From Candidatus Caccoplasma sp. (GTDB taxonomy: Bacteria; Bacteroidota; Bacteroidia; Bacteroidales; G3-4614), in the NCBI GenBank assembly GCA_045613905.1, contig JAZLBW010000045.1:9647-73646 (forward strand): a stretch of DNA of 64,000 nucleotides, in the 5' to 3' direction. Every line of letters starts with the position of its first letter. The first letter of the stretch is position 1. Below are positions 23,101-31,844 of this stretch, piece after piece. Below the pieces are notes generated by a model that was given only the letters and a program-made list of their open reading frames with translations, ran no database searches and was not told where the DNA came from. A program made the position numbers and the translations under genes.

Positions 23101-23366
23101 TTTGTTGCAAGATTTATTCCCACCCTCTCGGGCATATCATTACTCTCCTCCTCATCTTTAAGAAGTTGCTCTACGGTAAAGGGATTTGATATGGCATGAG
23201 TTTTTAACTCATCCACCGACTTCAATTTTGTTTTTTGCAAATTCCAACTTGGCGGAGTCCCTCCAAAACCTGTTTGCGCCATCAAAGGCAAGACAGAGGA
23301 TAAAGTAAGCAGTATAAAAATGTATTTTATATGTTCACGCATGTGTTCGATATTATTATAATTCAC
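20160..23366 (-). CDS. Large T9SS-secreted multidomain trypsin-fold (S1-like) serine protease
   Basis: Signal peptide (the likely real start is M9 at 23342). Putative triad blocks are TAFHC, DQALLLL and GGSSGSPLF. Fn3-like repeats follow (VELSWLP...YVVYRNG, IALNWTLP). The C-terminal sorting domain is ...SGTYIVNVVLSNGTAKSLKFIVR. Confidence 0.7.
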   Translation of the reverse strand: MNYNNIEHMREHIKYIFILLTLSSVLPLMAQTGFGGTPPSWNLQKTKLKSVDELKTHAISNPFTVEQLLKDEEESNDMPERVGINLATKLSLAEDGEWCQLPSGEKICRLKIESSGALAISLYYSKFEIPQGAKLYIYNSDHSHLLGAYTFDTNPEGGAFATEFVAGDNLILEYVPASPTETPQIEVEKICYGYKNLKVASDSKLSCMVDVVCSEGEDWKDEKDGVVKMVTTIGNYSYMCTSTFLNNTAEDFTPYIYTAFHCLEGDGHTASAIDLKKTIFYFNYEATECGGDNVKEGSTLVGCKFLEGKSLSSDEGLDQALLLLSSEIPKSIVPYFNGWDRGTNPSQEGVSIHHPKGAVKKISTYISPAVSDTWPSMSSGGVNAHWVVRFTRTANGFSVTEGGSSGSPLFNQGKLVVGSLTGGNSSCSNTLGTNYYGKFQRFWAYVSKYLDPVNSGAYTLQGKRKGEVIDSPKGLNAKLTDNATKVELSWLPVSNAPTNYVVYRNGMIVGHPVSNIFTDENIYTGKHTYQVSAYYADVKQETEKSNQSIVVKSPTVTPEIGEVTRVSENSIALNWTLPQSEQTIFWGTGEANYRLTATTSFPIYFGQMWSDSDLSGLTGYVIKRVETTCLANVNYTLYIRQGTNIYTQSIPTYSVDKKVSITLDKEFVVSDNAPLYCTLRVNSGSGYLVATDRDKIVEGKGNIVSTDGYEWHGLDTKGNIALKAILSPPSEGYKGVEPVSEFGDMTLYSSVPVAFERPVRYRLYRDEELLTTLSGMTSKHTDRNLAKGTTYEYRLEAEYKDGEICSSMPHSFHLSEKSFSSQIEDVVVNGIKLDEERGGKFIYSATCSNDIAEVVVTANNNGVIVINGVEGGEYVEDISLGGKYILPITVISESGESRNEYELALYKLPSEILVKRWDDVLAVNNNPDYNGAMNFVEYTWYLNGEELDGNEPYITIPNGVGVNDLVSVKVVTDEGVELRSCDMSFDVIDSGILLYPNIVERGEKITLNITVPQSTTVYATLSNLSGQVQPLNLTLGENIITAPQVSGTYIVNVVLSNGTAKSLKFIVR

Positions 23367-25497
23367 CTGCTCGAGATGATTTAAAAAGAGATGTCAGATA
23401 TTTCTTTATGCGATTTATGTATGCGTGATTTTGATGCACGGTTATTGAAAGGGGATCGCTGAAATATGTGACATCACCCACCTCTCCAAACTGCTCGGGA
23501 TATAATATCACGAGGTTATTATTGGCAAAGTATTTAGAAAGGAATGATGGCAATTTATCCAGGTTGGCGGTATAAGAGACCGATGCCTGACGCGCAGATA
23601 CAATTATAAAGAGGTCGTCCTCCAAAACCACGCCTGTAAGCATCAATATATCGTTCCATTTATCCATTATGTGATACTCGGCACGTATGTTTCGTTTTTC
23701 ACGAATAAGTCGGCCTTTTATCTGACCCAAAGTATCGCGATGTCCGTAAAAAATCGTCTTGCAACCTAATTGCGCCGCCATATTAGCCACTCTGCTTACC
23801 CAAGTTCCAAAACCTGTCTCATACTCCGCCTTCTCGGGAATATAGACAATTATTCGAGTCAGGGTATTGGCAGGAATAATGCTCTTTGCAATAAATATGG
23901 TTTTGTTAGTTCCTCTTAATATGGCATCGGCTGTCGAGCCAAAGAAAGAGTCTGCGATATTTGCTTTGTGATGAATACCTATAAGAAGTTCCGAAATACC
24001 CTTCTCCTTCATTGTATGTATAATTCCACTTGCCACATTCATCGAAAAACGGGTTATTGTCTCAACCTGAATATCTGCCGCAGCAGCTATTTTTGATGCA
24101 TGAGTCAACAGATTGCTTGAGATTTTTGCCGAAGCGGGATTATCATGACGTGCCTCATTTACAACATTCAAGAAATAGAGAGGATTCTTTACTTTGGGGT
24201 TTTTCATGACCATGGCCATGTTTACCAACAACTCGGCAGTCATAGGGTTTGAAACCGACACCAATATCTTCTGTGGCAACTTCTCTGTTTTTTGAGGCTC
24301 CTCGTCATTCATAGAGGATAGTGCTATCTCTTTTGCGGCTCTTTCGGTAAACAGAGCGCTGACAGTACAAGATATCAATATCATAAGAATGGCTCCATTA
24401 AGAATGGTACTGTCAAAAAGTCCCATTTCATAACCTATAAGCACAACCGCCAATGTTGCCGCAGCCTTTGCAGTACTCAATCCAAAGAGCATACGCCCCT
24501 CAGAAGATGTCAATCGGAACGATTTCTGCATGACATATGCCGACAACCATTTTGAGGCTATTGCCACAGCCGTCATAATCAAGGCAACATATATGCTATA
24601 CCACGACGTGAAACCTCGTAAATTTATCATCATTCCAACTCCTATAAGGAAGTATGGGATAAACAAGGCATTTCCCACAAACTCCAATCGGTTCATAAGA
24701 GGAGACACTGCAGGTATATAACGAGTCAATATAATACCTGCAAAGAATGCACCTATAATACCAACCAAGCCCACCACTTCGGCAAAATAGGCTGCGGCAA
24801 AAACCAACGATAATATAAAGATGAACTGCGAAACATTATCGTTATATTTCTTAAAGAACCAACGTGTGATACGAGGATAGGTGTATATTATAACCGCTCC
24901 ATATAGGATAACTCCAATTGCAAATTTTATCCAATACAGAGTGCCCACACCACCTTCGGCAATACCAATCGCCACTGCCATTGTTGTCAATGCAACAACC
25001 ACAGCAATAACAGTTCCTGCAATAGCGATTGAGACCGAACGCGATTTTACCACACCGTATCGCGATACTATCGGAAACGATATAAGTGTATGCGACGCAT
25101 ATATTGTAGAGAGCAATGCAGATGCCACCCAATTCAGTTTCAACGCATAGTGAGAAACTGCCAACCCTGCCAACAGAGGAATAATAAAGGTTATAAGTCC
25201 AAAACTTATACCCCGTTTCTTGTTCTTTTTAAAATCGGAGATACTCATCTCCAAACCCACAAGGAACATCAGGTAGAGCAGTCCCACATTCCCGAATATC
25301 TCAAAACTTGCATCGTATTCGAGTATATTGAAACCATAAGGACCGATTAACATTCCCGAAAAGATTAATCCTATTATATGGGGAATATGCAATCGGTCCA
25401 ATATTATTGGAGCAAAAAGGATAATGGTCAACACTATAAAAAATATAAGTGCCGAGTTGGTTAGGGGAAGTTGTGATGTTATAAAACTCCAATCCAT
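23356..25497 (-). CDS. Cation:proton antiporter (CPA family) with a C-terminal cytoplasmic regulatory region
   Basis: 713 aa. About 12 TM helices of the Na+/H+ exchanger type, then a roughly 300-aa soluble tail resembling tandem universal-stress-like domains. Confidence 0.8.
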   Translation of the reverse strand: MDWSFITSQLPLTNSALIFFIVLTIILFAPIILDRLHIPHIIGLIFSGMLIGPYGFNILEYDASFEIFGNVGLLYLMFLVGLEMSISDFKKNKKRGISFGLITFIIPLLAGLAVSHYALKLNWVASALLSTIYASHTLISFPIVSRYGVVKSRSVSIAIAGTVIAVVVALTTMAVAIGIAEGGVGTLYWIKFAIGVILYGAVIIYTYPRITRWFFKKYNDNVSQFIFILSLVFAAAYFAEVVGLVGIIGAFFAGIILTRYIPAVSPLMNRLEFVGNALFIPYFLIGVGMMINLRGFTSWYSIYVALIMTAVAIASKWLSAYVMQKSFRLTSSEGRMLFGLSTAKAAATLAVVLIGYEMGLFDSTILNGAILMILISCTVSALFTERAAKEIALSSMNDEEPQKTEKLPQKILVSVSNPMTAELLVNMAMVMKNPKVKNPLYFLNVVNEARHDNPASAKISSNLLTHASKIAAAADIQVETITRFSMNVASGIIHTMKEKGISELLIGIHHKANIADSFFGSTADAILRGTNKTIFIAKSIIPANTLTRIIVYIPEKAEYETGFGTWVSRVANMAAQLGCKTIFYGHRDTLGQIKGRLIREKRNIRAEYHIMDKWNDILMLTGVVLEDDLFIIVSARQASVSYTANLDKLPSFLSKYFANNNLVILYPEQFGEVGDVTYFSDPLSITVHQNHAYINRIKKYLTSLFKSSRAGEL

Positions 25498-25577
25498 ATC
25501 CTTCTTTTTGCTTTAGCAAAGTTATTAATAAAGATAAAACTTTTATCTTACCGACGCGATACATCGCGTCACTGCTT

Positions 25578-26864
25578 TTATTTTATATCAAATGCTTGTT
25601 TGATTTTCTCTACGTAATCGAGTTTCTCCCAAGTGAAAAGTTCCACCTCTTTTACAATTTCGGGAGTATAGCGAGAAGAGAATTTTTTAATAACTGTTTT
25701 GGGTTCTCTTCCCATGTGTCCGTACGCCGCAGTCTCCTCATAAATTGGATTACGCAATTTCAAACGCTCCTCAATAGCGTATGGGCGAAGGTCAAAAATC
25801 TCATTAACCTTTTCTGCAATTTCAGAATCTTTCAATCCGTTTTTAGCAGTTCCGTATGTATTTACATAGACACTGATAGGTTCCGCAACACCAATTGCAT
25901 ACGACAACTGTATCAAGGCCTCATCTGCCACGCCGGCGGCAACAAGGTTTTTTGCAATATGACGTGCCGCATATGCTGCCGAACGGTCAACTTTCGAGGG
26001 GTCTTTACCTGAGAATGCACCACCTCCGTGCGCACCTTTACCTCCGTATGTGTCAACAATTATTTTACGTCCTGTCAAACCTGTATCTCCATGAGGGCCT
26101 CCAATTACGAATTTTCCTGTAGGATTTACATAAAGTTTGTAATCGTCTTTGAACAAAATCTTAATTCTTTCAGGCAAAGAAGCCACTACGCGAGGAATCA
26201 AAATCTCAGCAACATCTTTACGAATTTGAGCCAACATCTCTGTATCTGCTTGCTCTTGAGTAATTGTTTGTCCGGGTTTTACAAAATCGTCGTGCTGAGT
26301 AGATACCACGATAGCATCAATTCTTAAAGGAGAATTGTTGTCGTCATACTCAATTGTCACCTGGCTCTTTGCATCGGGGCGAAGATATTTCATCTCCTTG
26401 CCCTCTCGACGTATCGCAGCCAACTCAATCAACAATTTGTGCGATAACTCCAAAGACAAAGGCATATAGTTGTCGGTTTCTGACGAAGCATAACCGAACA
26501 TCATTCCTTGGTCTCCTGCTCCTTGTTCCATTTCGCTGCTTCGCTCAACTCCACGATTTATATCTGCACTTTGTTCGTGAATGGCAGAGAATACTCCGCA
26601 TGAATCGCCATCGAAGTTATACTCACTTTTAGTATAACCAATGCGATTGATAACACGACGTGCAACATCCATCAAATCGATATAAGCATTCGATTTAACC
26701 TCTCCCGCAATTACAACTTGTCCTGTTGTAACCAATGTCTCACAAGCAACTTTTGAATTTTTATCTTGAGCCAAAAACTCATCGAGAAGCGCATCCGATA
26801 TTTGATCTGCAACTTTATCGGGATGTCCCTCTGATACCGATTCTGATGTAAATAGATAACCCAT
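25578..26864 (-). CDS. metK: S-adenosylmethionine synthetase
   Basis: 428 aa with the [31 protein letters not shown] and DRSAAYAAR signature blocks. Confidence 0.96.
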   Translation of the reverse strand: MGYLFTSESVSEGHPDKVADQISDALLDEFLAQDKNSKVACETLVTTGQVVIAGEVKSNAYIDLMDVARRVINRIGYTKSEYNFDGDSCGVFSAIHEQSADINRGVERSSEMEQGAGDQGMMFGYASSETDNYMPLSLELSHKLLIELAAIRREGKEMKYLRPDAKSQVTIEYDDNNSPLRIDAIVVSTQHDDFVKPGQTITQEQADTEMLAQIRKDVAEILIPRVVASLPERIKILFKDDYKLYVNPTGKFVIGGPHGDTGLTGRKIIVDTYGGKGAHGGGAFSGKDPSKVDRSAAYAARHIAKNLVAAGVADEALIQLSYAIGVAEPISVYVNTYGTAKNGLKDSEIAEKVNEIFDLRPYAIEERLKLRNPIYEETAAYGHMGREPKTVIKKFSSRYTPEIVKEVELFTWEKLDYVEKIKQAFDIK

Positions 26865-27143
26865 TTGTTTGTTTATTTTTTATAGGGAAATTCTCGGTCT
26901 TGCAGCAATATCCTTTTTTAGCATTTTTTCGGGTGGTTGCAAGCAGTCAAATCTCTCCACGTTATACATTATTCTCTTTAAAAAACAGCAACTCAAACCG
27001 AACTGTTGTTTATTGGCAACAAAGTTAGTTATTTTTTGGGAATTTTACCTACTCTAATTACTTAAAAATATTGAATTTATACCCATTATGGGTGGACAAA
27101 GCCATAAAATTCACGAATTTTAGCCATAGATGAATCCTATTTT

Positions 27144-27175
27144 TTTGCATGCATTGCATTTTTTATCTATGTTTG
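27144..27175 (+). promoter_or_regulatory. Candidate promoter (-33 TTTG / -7 TATGTTTG) for the first T9SS propeller gene
   Basis: TTTG at 27144..27147 and TATGTTTG at 27168..27175 with 20-nt spacing; 29 nt upstream of the ATG at 27204. Confidence 0.45.
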
Positions 27176-27203
27176 CAAAACATTAACTTTTGAAGAATAA
27201 GAT

Positions 27204-28409
27204 ATGAAAGTAAAGTTATTGACATTTATAATATTGATGATGTGTTGCATCACCTCAAAAGGCGAAACATTAAACGAGAGTAATTACTTCAATCGTTTGG
27301 CTGACGACGGAAAAAACATATGGGTGGCAACAAGCAAAGGAGTTATAAGATACGACAAAACAGAGAAGATGGCATACAATGCGAATGAACTTCTTGGAAT
27401 TGACGAAAACTCCATTGTCAAGTGCATTAAGGCAGACAAAAGCGGCAGAATATGGTATTCGGTTGATGGAGAGGGAGTATATTTTTTTGATGGAGAAAAG
27501 AGCGAGGCCCATTTCGATTACTACAAGGAGGACCTTTTGAGATTGGCTTTTGCCTTTGATGCAAACGATTCGACATGGGTATCGGCAGGCGGATACTATA
27601 TATCCCCCATGATTGAAGGTACTCGAAAAGGATACACAACTCCCGACAACTACTCAAGCACTCAAAAAGCCTATATCATGGATATGGAGTTTGACAACAA
27701 AGGCAATTTATGGATTTCGATGTTTGGAGAGTTCAATTCTCTGCTATGCCACAAAAGAGATAAAAGCTACTGCGAAAGCATCATTGCCGAAGGGAACACT
27801 GTATTACCCTCATTAACAATCGATGAACATGACAATATTTGGTACACCATAGAGAGAGGATTGATCTATTACGACACAGCCACAGGGATAAAAACAACAT
27901 ATTGGAACGATACGGACAGTAATATCCCCGCTGCCCACTTTTTTGCAAGCGACATAGACAGCGAGGGCAATGTATGGTTTACATCGTCACACTACTTGTT
28001 ACGATACGATGGTTCGCATTTTAAATGGTGGAACAGCTACGGATACCACGATACACGAGCAATCCTTTGCGACGAAAATGCCGTGTGGATATTGATGTCA
28101 AATGACGTTTTGTTCCGCTTCGAGAACGATAAGTTTGACAAGATTGATTTAGCCCCCGAAGTAGCAGGTATTGAGGAAAGTATAAACGATGTTGAAAATA
28201 TTAAAGCATATGTTTCGAACGGAGTTTTATATATCGAAAATTCGGAAGAGATAACAAATATTTCGATTTACGACATGATGGGTAAAGTTATAACTTCAAC
28301 TAATGCCAATGGCGCAACTTCTACTCAAATTACATTACCCCCAGGCACTAAAGGTTTGCATATAGTAAAAGTAAACAATGAGGTTATAAAGGTTGTATCC
28401 AACAACTGA
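27204..28409 (+). CDS. T9SS-secreted beta-propeller repeat protein (two-component-regulator-propeller-like blades), copy A
   Basis: Signal peptide. Six or seven repeats of the G-N/R-(I/V)W...G(L/V).xYD type (KNIWVATSKGVIRYD, GRIWYSVDGEGVYFFDG, DNIWYTIERGLIYYD, GNVWFTSSHYLLRYDG). C-terminal sorting domain KAYVSNGVLYIEN...NANGATSTQITLP...VKVNNEVIKV. Confidence 0.65.
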   Translation: MKVKLLTFIILMMCCITSKGETLNESNYFNRLADDGKNIWVATSKGVIRYDKTEKMAYNANELLGIDENSIVKCIKADKSGRIWYSVDGEGVYFFDGEKSEAHFDYYKEDLLRLAFAFDANDSTWVSAGGYYISPMIEGTRKGYTTPDNYSSTQKAYIMDMEFDNKGNLWISMFGEFNSLLCHKRDKSYCESIIAEGNTVLPSLTIDEHDNIWYTIERGLIYYDTATGIKTTYWNDTDSNIPAAHFFASDIDSEGNVWFTSSHYLLRYDGSHFKWWNSYGYHDTRAILCDENAVWILMSNDVLFRFENDKFDKIDLAPEVAGIEESINDVENIKAYVSNGVLYIENSEEITNISIYDMMGKVITSTNANGATSTQITLPPGTKGLHIVKVNNEVIKVVSNN

Positions 28410-28468
28410 TATTCCATTTTTGAGGTTGTCTAAAAATTCCCTATATCGAACTTCCGTTAATAATAGTT

Positions 28469-28482
28469 AAAAAAAGGGGGGG
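28469..28482. repeat. Homopolymer pair A7G7 in the intergenic region
   Basis: aaaaaaaggggggg read directly, 87 nt upstream of the ATG at 28569. A G7 tract is unusual in this AT-rich spacer. Confidence 0.9.
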
Positions 28483-28514
28483 TAAAGATTCTCTTGCTTC
28501 TTCATTGTAAAATG

Positions 28515-28531
28515 TTACTTTCGCAAAGTAA
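28515..28531. promoter_or_regulatory. Perfect 7-3-7 palindrome TTACTTT-CGC-AAAGTAA (operator-like)
   Basis: Read directly; 38 nt upstream of the LamG-like gene start. Confidence 0.35.
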
Positions 28532-28568
28532 ATTACAATATTCTTAATTTTTTAAAGGGGAGGTATAT

Positions 28569-29654
28569 ATGAAAAATATTTACTCGTCAAAAAAAATACT
28601 TTTGGTAATATTTTCACTGCTATTATCTATATCAATAATAAGAGCAAATAACGAACAACCACAAGGAATAGACCTTGGAGAGTATGCTTTTGGAATACCT
28701 GTTGAGCAACTTAATTTTACTAATCAATCACCCTTTACTCTTTCGTTCTGGGTAAAAGTAAAAGAGTTTGACCATTCAGAGTATGGCACTCTGTTTGTGA
28801 GTATTCGCAACCCGAAGGATCCTTATGTCATGAGTGATTATGGTTGGATGTGGGCATTTGTAGAACCCAATGATTCTAAAAATATTCTTAATATGGCTGT
28901 TAGGTCATCTGGTTCATCGGGATTTGATGCAGAAGAGTTATCTTCATTCGATTTTATAAAAGAAGAGTGGCTTAACTTCTCTTTTGTATTTGATTATGAT
29001 GAAAAAAGAATGCTTACGCTATATTTGAATGGAACTCCTGTATATGAGGTAAAAGGAACGTATGAAACATACTCATGGACACAACAAAACATTATTATGA
29101 TAGGAGGTATATCATCGTTACGTTCTCCATTAAATGCATATATTGATGAGGTTCAATTATATAAAAAAGCTTTATCGCAAGCACAGATTATTAAGATTAT
29201 GACCTCACCTTTGATAAGAGATTCATCACTACTTGGATATTGGGATTTTAAAGATGATTGCTCTGTTGATGCAGATGGTTTTATGAAAGCTGATAAAGGC
29301 TCAGCAAAGGCCACTATGTATAAAATTTTAACGAGTGGTATAGTTTCTACAGGCACTGAAGTTCAACCATTCACCTTTGGAGAGGGAGTAGATCCCGAAT
29401 CTGTCATACAGGGAGTTGAGGAGAGTGTCACAAATGAGTCAAAAGCTAAAGCATTTATCTCAAACGAAATATTGAGAATTGAAAATGCAGAGGGCATAGA
29501 TTCAGTGGTAGTTTATGACGCAATGGGAAGAGTTATAACTTCAACTAACGCAAACGGCGCAACTTCAACCCAAATTACCCTTCCTTCAAATACCAAAGGA
29601 GTGATAATTTTGAAAGTAAACAACGAGGTTATAAAGGTTGCTTGCAACAACTAA
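28569..29654 (+). CDS. T9SS-secreted LamG/concanavalin-A-like lectin-fold protein, copy A
   Basis: Signal peptide. FTLSFWVK...LYLNG...IGG...AYIDEVQLYKKALSQAQI is the classic LamG/laminin-G 'LamG-3' pattern. C-terminal sorting domain KAFISNEILRIEN...NANGATSTQITLP...LKVNNEVIKV. Confidence 0.6.
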   Translation: MKNIYSSKKILLVIFSLLLSISIIRANNEQPQGIDLGEYAFGIPVEQLNFTNQSPFTLSFWVKVKEFDHSEYGTLFVSIRNPKDPYVMSDYGWMWAFVEPNDSKNILNMAVRSSGSSGFDAEELSSFDFIKEEWLNFSFVFDYDEKRMLTLYLNGTPVYEVKGTYETYSWTQQNIIMIGGISSLRSPLNAYIDEVQLYKKALSQAQIIKIMTSPLIRDSSLLGYWDFKDDCSVDADGFMKADKGSAKATMYKILTSGIVSTGTEVQPFTFGEGVDPESVIQGVEESVTNESKAKAFISNEILRIENAEGIDSVVVYDAMGRVITSTNANGATSTQITLPSNTKGVIILKVNNEVIKVACNN

Positions 29655-29678
29655 TCGTAGATGACAATTTTTTATAAA

Positions 29679-29708
29679 GGCGGAAAGTTGACACTTTTCG
29701 CCTTTTTT
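29679..29708 (+). terminator. Rho-independent terminator
   Basis: ggcggaaag / cttttcgcc stem (one G-U pair) followed by T6. Confidence 0.65.
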
Positions 29709-29739
29709 ATTAAAAAATCGACAAACTTTATTCAATTAT

Positions 29740-29773
29740 TTTGAAGAAAAAACGCAATTATTTTCTATTTTTG
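29740..29773 (+). promoter_or_regulatory. Candidate promoter (-33 TTTG / -7 TATTTTTG) for the ftsX operon
   Basis: TTTG at 29740..29743 and TATTTTTG at 29766..29773 with 22-nt spacing; 57 nt upstream of the ATG at 29830. Confidence 0.4.
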
Positions 29774-29829
29774 CAAAAGATTTGGGTAAGTATGCCCTAT
29801 TGCATAATATATTACTATAACAGTCAAAA

Positions 29830-30711
29830 ATGGGACAAGAAAACAACAAGCAACATATCTCGTTCTTAAACGCCAGAGTAACATCAATTATCAGTATCTC
29901 TCTCGTGCTGTTTTTATTGGGAATTGTTGTATCACTATCGATATTAGGAACTCAACTTACAAAACATATCAAAGAGAACATGGGCTTTACCATAGTCATA
30001 AAAGATTCTGCTTCGAAACGCGGTATTGAATCGGTAAAGAAAGAGTTGGATAAAGCGCCATATGTTAAAGCCGTTCAGTTTATATCAAAAGAGGATGCTC
30101 TTAAAGAGTTGGAGCTTGAACTCGGAGAGAGTCCAAAAGACCTATTGGGCTTTAACCCTCTGCAATCGTCAATAGAGATTAAACTTTTGGCAGAATATGC
30201 TTCGACCGATTCTCTTGCCTGGATTGAGGCTAAAATAAAAGAACACAGAGAGGTTGTTTCGGAGGTTATTTGTCAAAAAGATGTTATACAGGTTATTAAC
30301 GACAACCTTCGCAAGGCAGAGATAGTATTGTTATCAATATCGGTAATTCTAATGATTATCTCATTTGCCCTCATTAGCAATACCATTCGATTAATGGCTT
30401 ATTCAAGACGTTTTCTTATTCACACAATGAAGCTTGTGGGAGCTACCCCCGGCTTTATCAGACGTCCATTTATTGTTCGTAATGTTGTTGAGGGAATTGT
30501 TGCCGCCATAATTGCAATTGCTCTCCTTTCGGGTTGTGCATACTACTTGGTTAGCGAGTTTGAAAATCTTGCGATTTTGATAAATTTCTTCACCCTTATT
30601 CAAATTTTTGGTATGGTTCTGATTTTAGGTGTGATTCTTACATCCATATCTGCATTCTTTGCCATTAACCGATATATCTCTATGGATAGGGACGACCTTT
30701 ATTATATGTAA
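29830..30711 (+). CDS. ftsX: FtsX-like cell division permease
   Basis: 293 aa with one N-terminal TM, a periplasmic domain, then three C-terminal TMs with the MKLVGAT block typical of FtsX. Confidence 0.8.
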   Translation: MGQENNKQHISFLNARVTSIISISLVLFLLGIVVSLSILGTQLTKHIKENMGFTIVIKDSASKRGIESVKKELDKAPYVKAVQFISKEDALKELELELGESPKDLLGFNPLQSSIEIKLLAEYASTDSLAWIEAKIKEHREVVSEVICQKDVIQVINDNLRKAEIVLLSISVILMIISFALISNTIRLMAYSRRFLIHTMKLVGATPGFIRRPFIVRNVVEGIVAAIIAIALLSGCAYYLVSEFENLAILINFFTLIQIFGMVLILGVILTSISAFFAINRYISMDRDDLYYM

Positions 30712-30729
30712 AAACAAATTTAAAACAAT

Positions 30730-30987
30730 ATGATAAATAAAAACAGTGAAAATAACGATGTAAACACATTTGCTTTGGGAAAGATAAACTACATTCTTAT
30801 TGCCATTGCATTTGGTCTTGTTATCATAGGATTCGCCCTTATGGCGGGCGGAAGTTCTACCCCCGACAGCTACGACCCTGATATTTTCAGTTGGAGACGT
30901 ATAGTTTTTGGTCCCACAATCTCTTTTATTGGTTTTGTGGCTATTGTATTTGCAATCATGTATAAAGGAAAAAAGGAGGTTAAATAA
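30730..30987 (+). CDS. Small two-TM membrane protein (DUF3098-like, commonly follows ftsX in Bacteroidota)
   Basis: 85 aa with two hydrophobic helices. Its stop overlaps the uppP start (TAATG). Confidence 0.55.
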   Translation: MINKNSENNDVNTFALGKINYILIAIAFGLVIIGFALMAGGSSTPDSYDPDIFSWRRIVFGPTISFIGFVAIVFAIMYKGKKEVK

Positions 30988-31832
30988 TGGAATGGTTAGA
31001 GGCTTTAATTTTAGGACTACTACAAGGATTTACAGAGTATCTGCCTATAAGCAGTAGCGGACACTTGACTATTGCGTCAAATTTTGTTGGAATCACAGAC
31101 CCTGAAGAGATTCTTCCCTTTACGGTTTTGCTTCACGTTGCAACCGTATTGAGCACAATAGTTATATTATACAAAGAGATTATATGGATTTTTAAGGGGT
31201 TGTTTCAATGCCCTTGCAATTCAACCTGCGAGACTACTAAATGTTGTGGATTAAAACTCAACACTCAACAACAATATACCCTTGCCATTATAATATCAAT
31301 GATTCCTGTTGGTATTGTAGGTATATTCTTTAAAGATATGGTTGAAGCGGCTTTTGAGGGCTTGACTATTGTTGGATGCTGCTTGTTGGCAACCGCTGCT
31401 CTTTTGGCATTTTCGTACTACGCAAAACCTCGCCAAAAAGATAAAATCTCATTGAAAGATGCATTTATCATTGGTTTGGGGCAAGCCGCTGCCGTTCTGC
31501 CGGGGTTATCTCGCTCAGGCACAACTATTGCAACAGGTCTTTTATTAGGAAACAAAAAGGAGAACATGGCTCAATTCTCATTCCTAATGGTTATCCCTCC
31601 AATTTTAGGCGAGGCTCTTTTAGAGAGCATTGACATGGTGAAAGAGGGCGTTGCCGCTGCTTTTGGTGGCATAAATGCCACTGCCCTTATAGTAGGCTTT
31701 TTGGCAGCATTCATATCGGGTTGCATTGCTTGCAAATGGATGATTTCCATTGTAAGAAAAGGTAAACTTATATACTTTGCATACTACTGTCTTGCAGCAG
31801 GAGCATTTACTTTGATTTATTCATTTATTTAA
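30987..31832 (+). CDS. uppP: Undecaprenyl-diphosphate phosphatase
   Basis: 281 aa with [17 protein letters not shown] and [10 protein letters not shown], the two conserved UppP/BacA motifs. Confidence 0.9.
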   Translation: MEWLEALILGLLQGFTEYLPISSSGHLTIASNFVGITDPEEILPFTVLLHVATVLSTIVILYKEIIWIFKGLFQCPCNSTCETTKCCGLKLNTQQQYTLAIIISMIPVGIVGIFFKDMVEAAFEGLTIVGCCLLATAALLAFSYYAKPRQKDKISLKDAFIIGLGQAAAVLPGLSRSGTTIATGLLLGNKKENMAQFSFLMVIPPILGEALLESIDMVKEGVAAAFGGINATALIVGFLAAFISGCIACKWMISIVRKGKLIYFAYYCLAAGAFTLIYSFI

Positions 31833-31844
31833 TATACCCATAAA

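Noticed and set aside
25540-25560. Palindrome gacgcgat-ac-atcgcgtc downstream of metK as a terminator
   Set aside because: The loop is too short and there is no T-run on the metK (minus) strand side. It may still pause transcription, but I cannot call it a terminator with confidence.
28545-28568. Strong Shine-Dalgarno-like sequences (AAAGGGGAGG before 28569; AAGGAGG before 52480 on the minus strand) as a hint of foreign origin of the cassettes
   Set aside because: Equally strong GGAGG motifs precede housekeeping genes here, for example korB (TAGGAGGAT before 37544) and uppP (AAGGAGG before 30987). They are therefore not distinctive for the cassettes.
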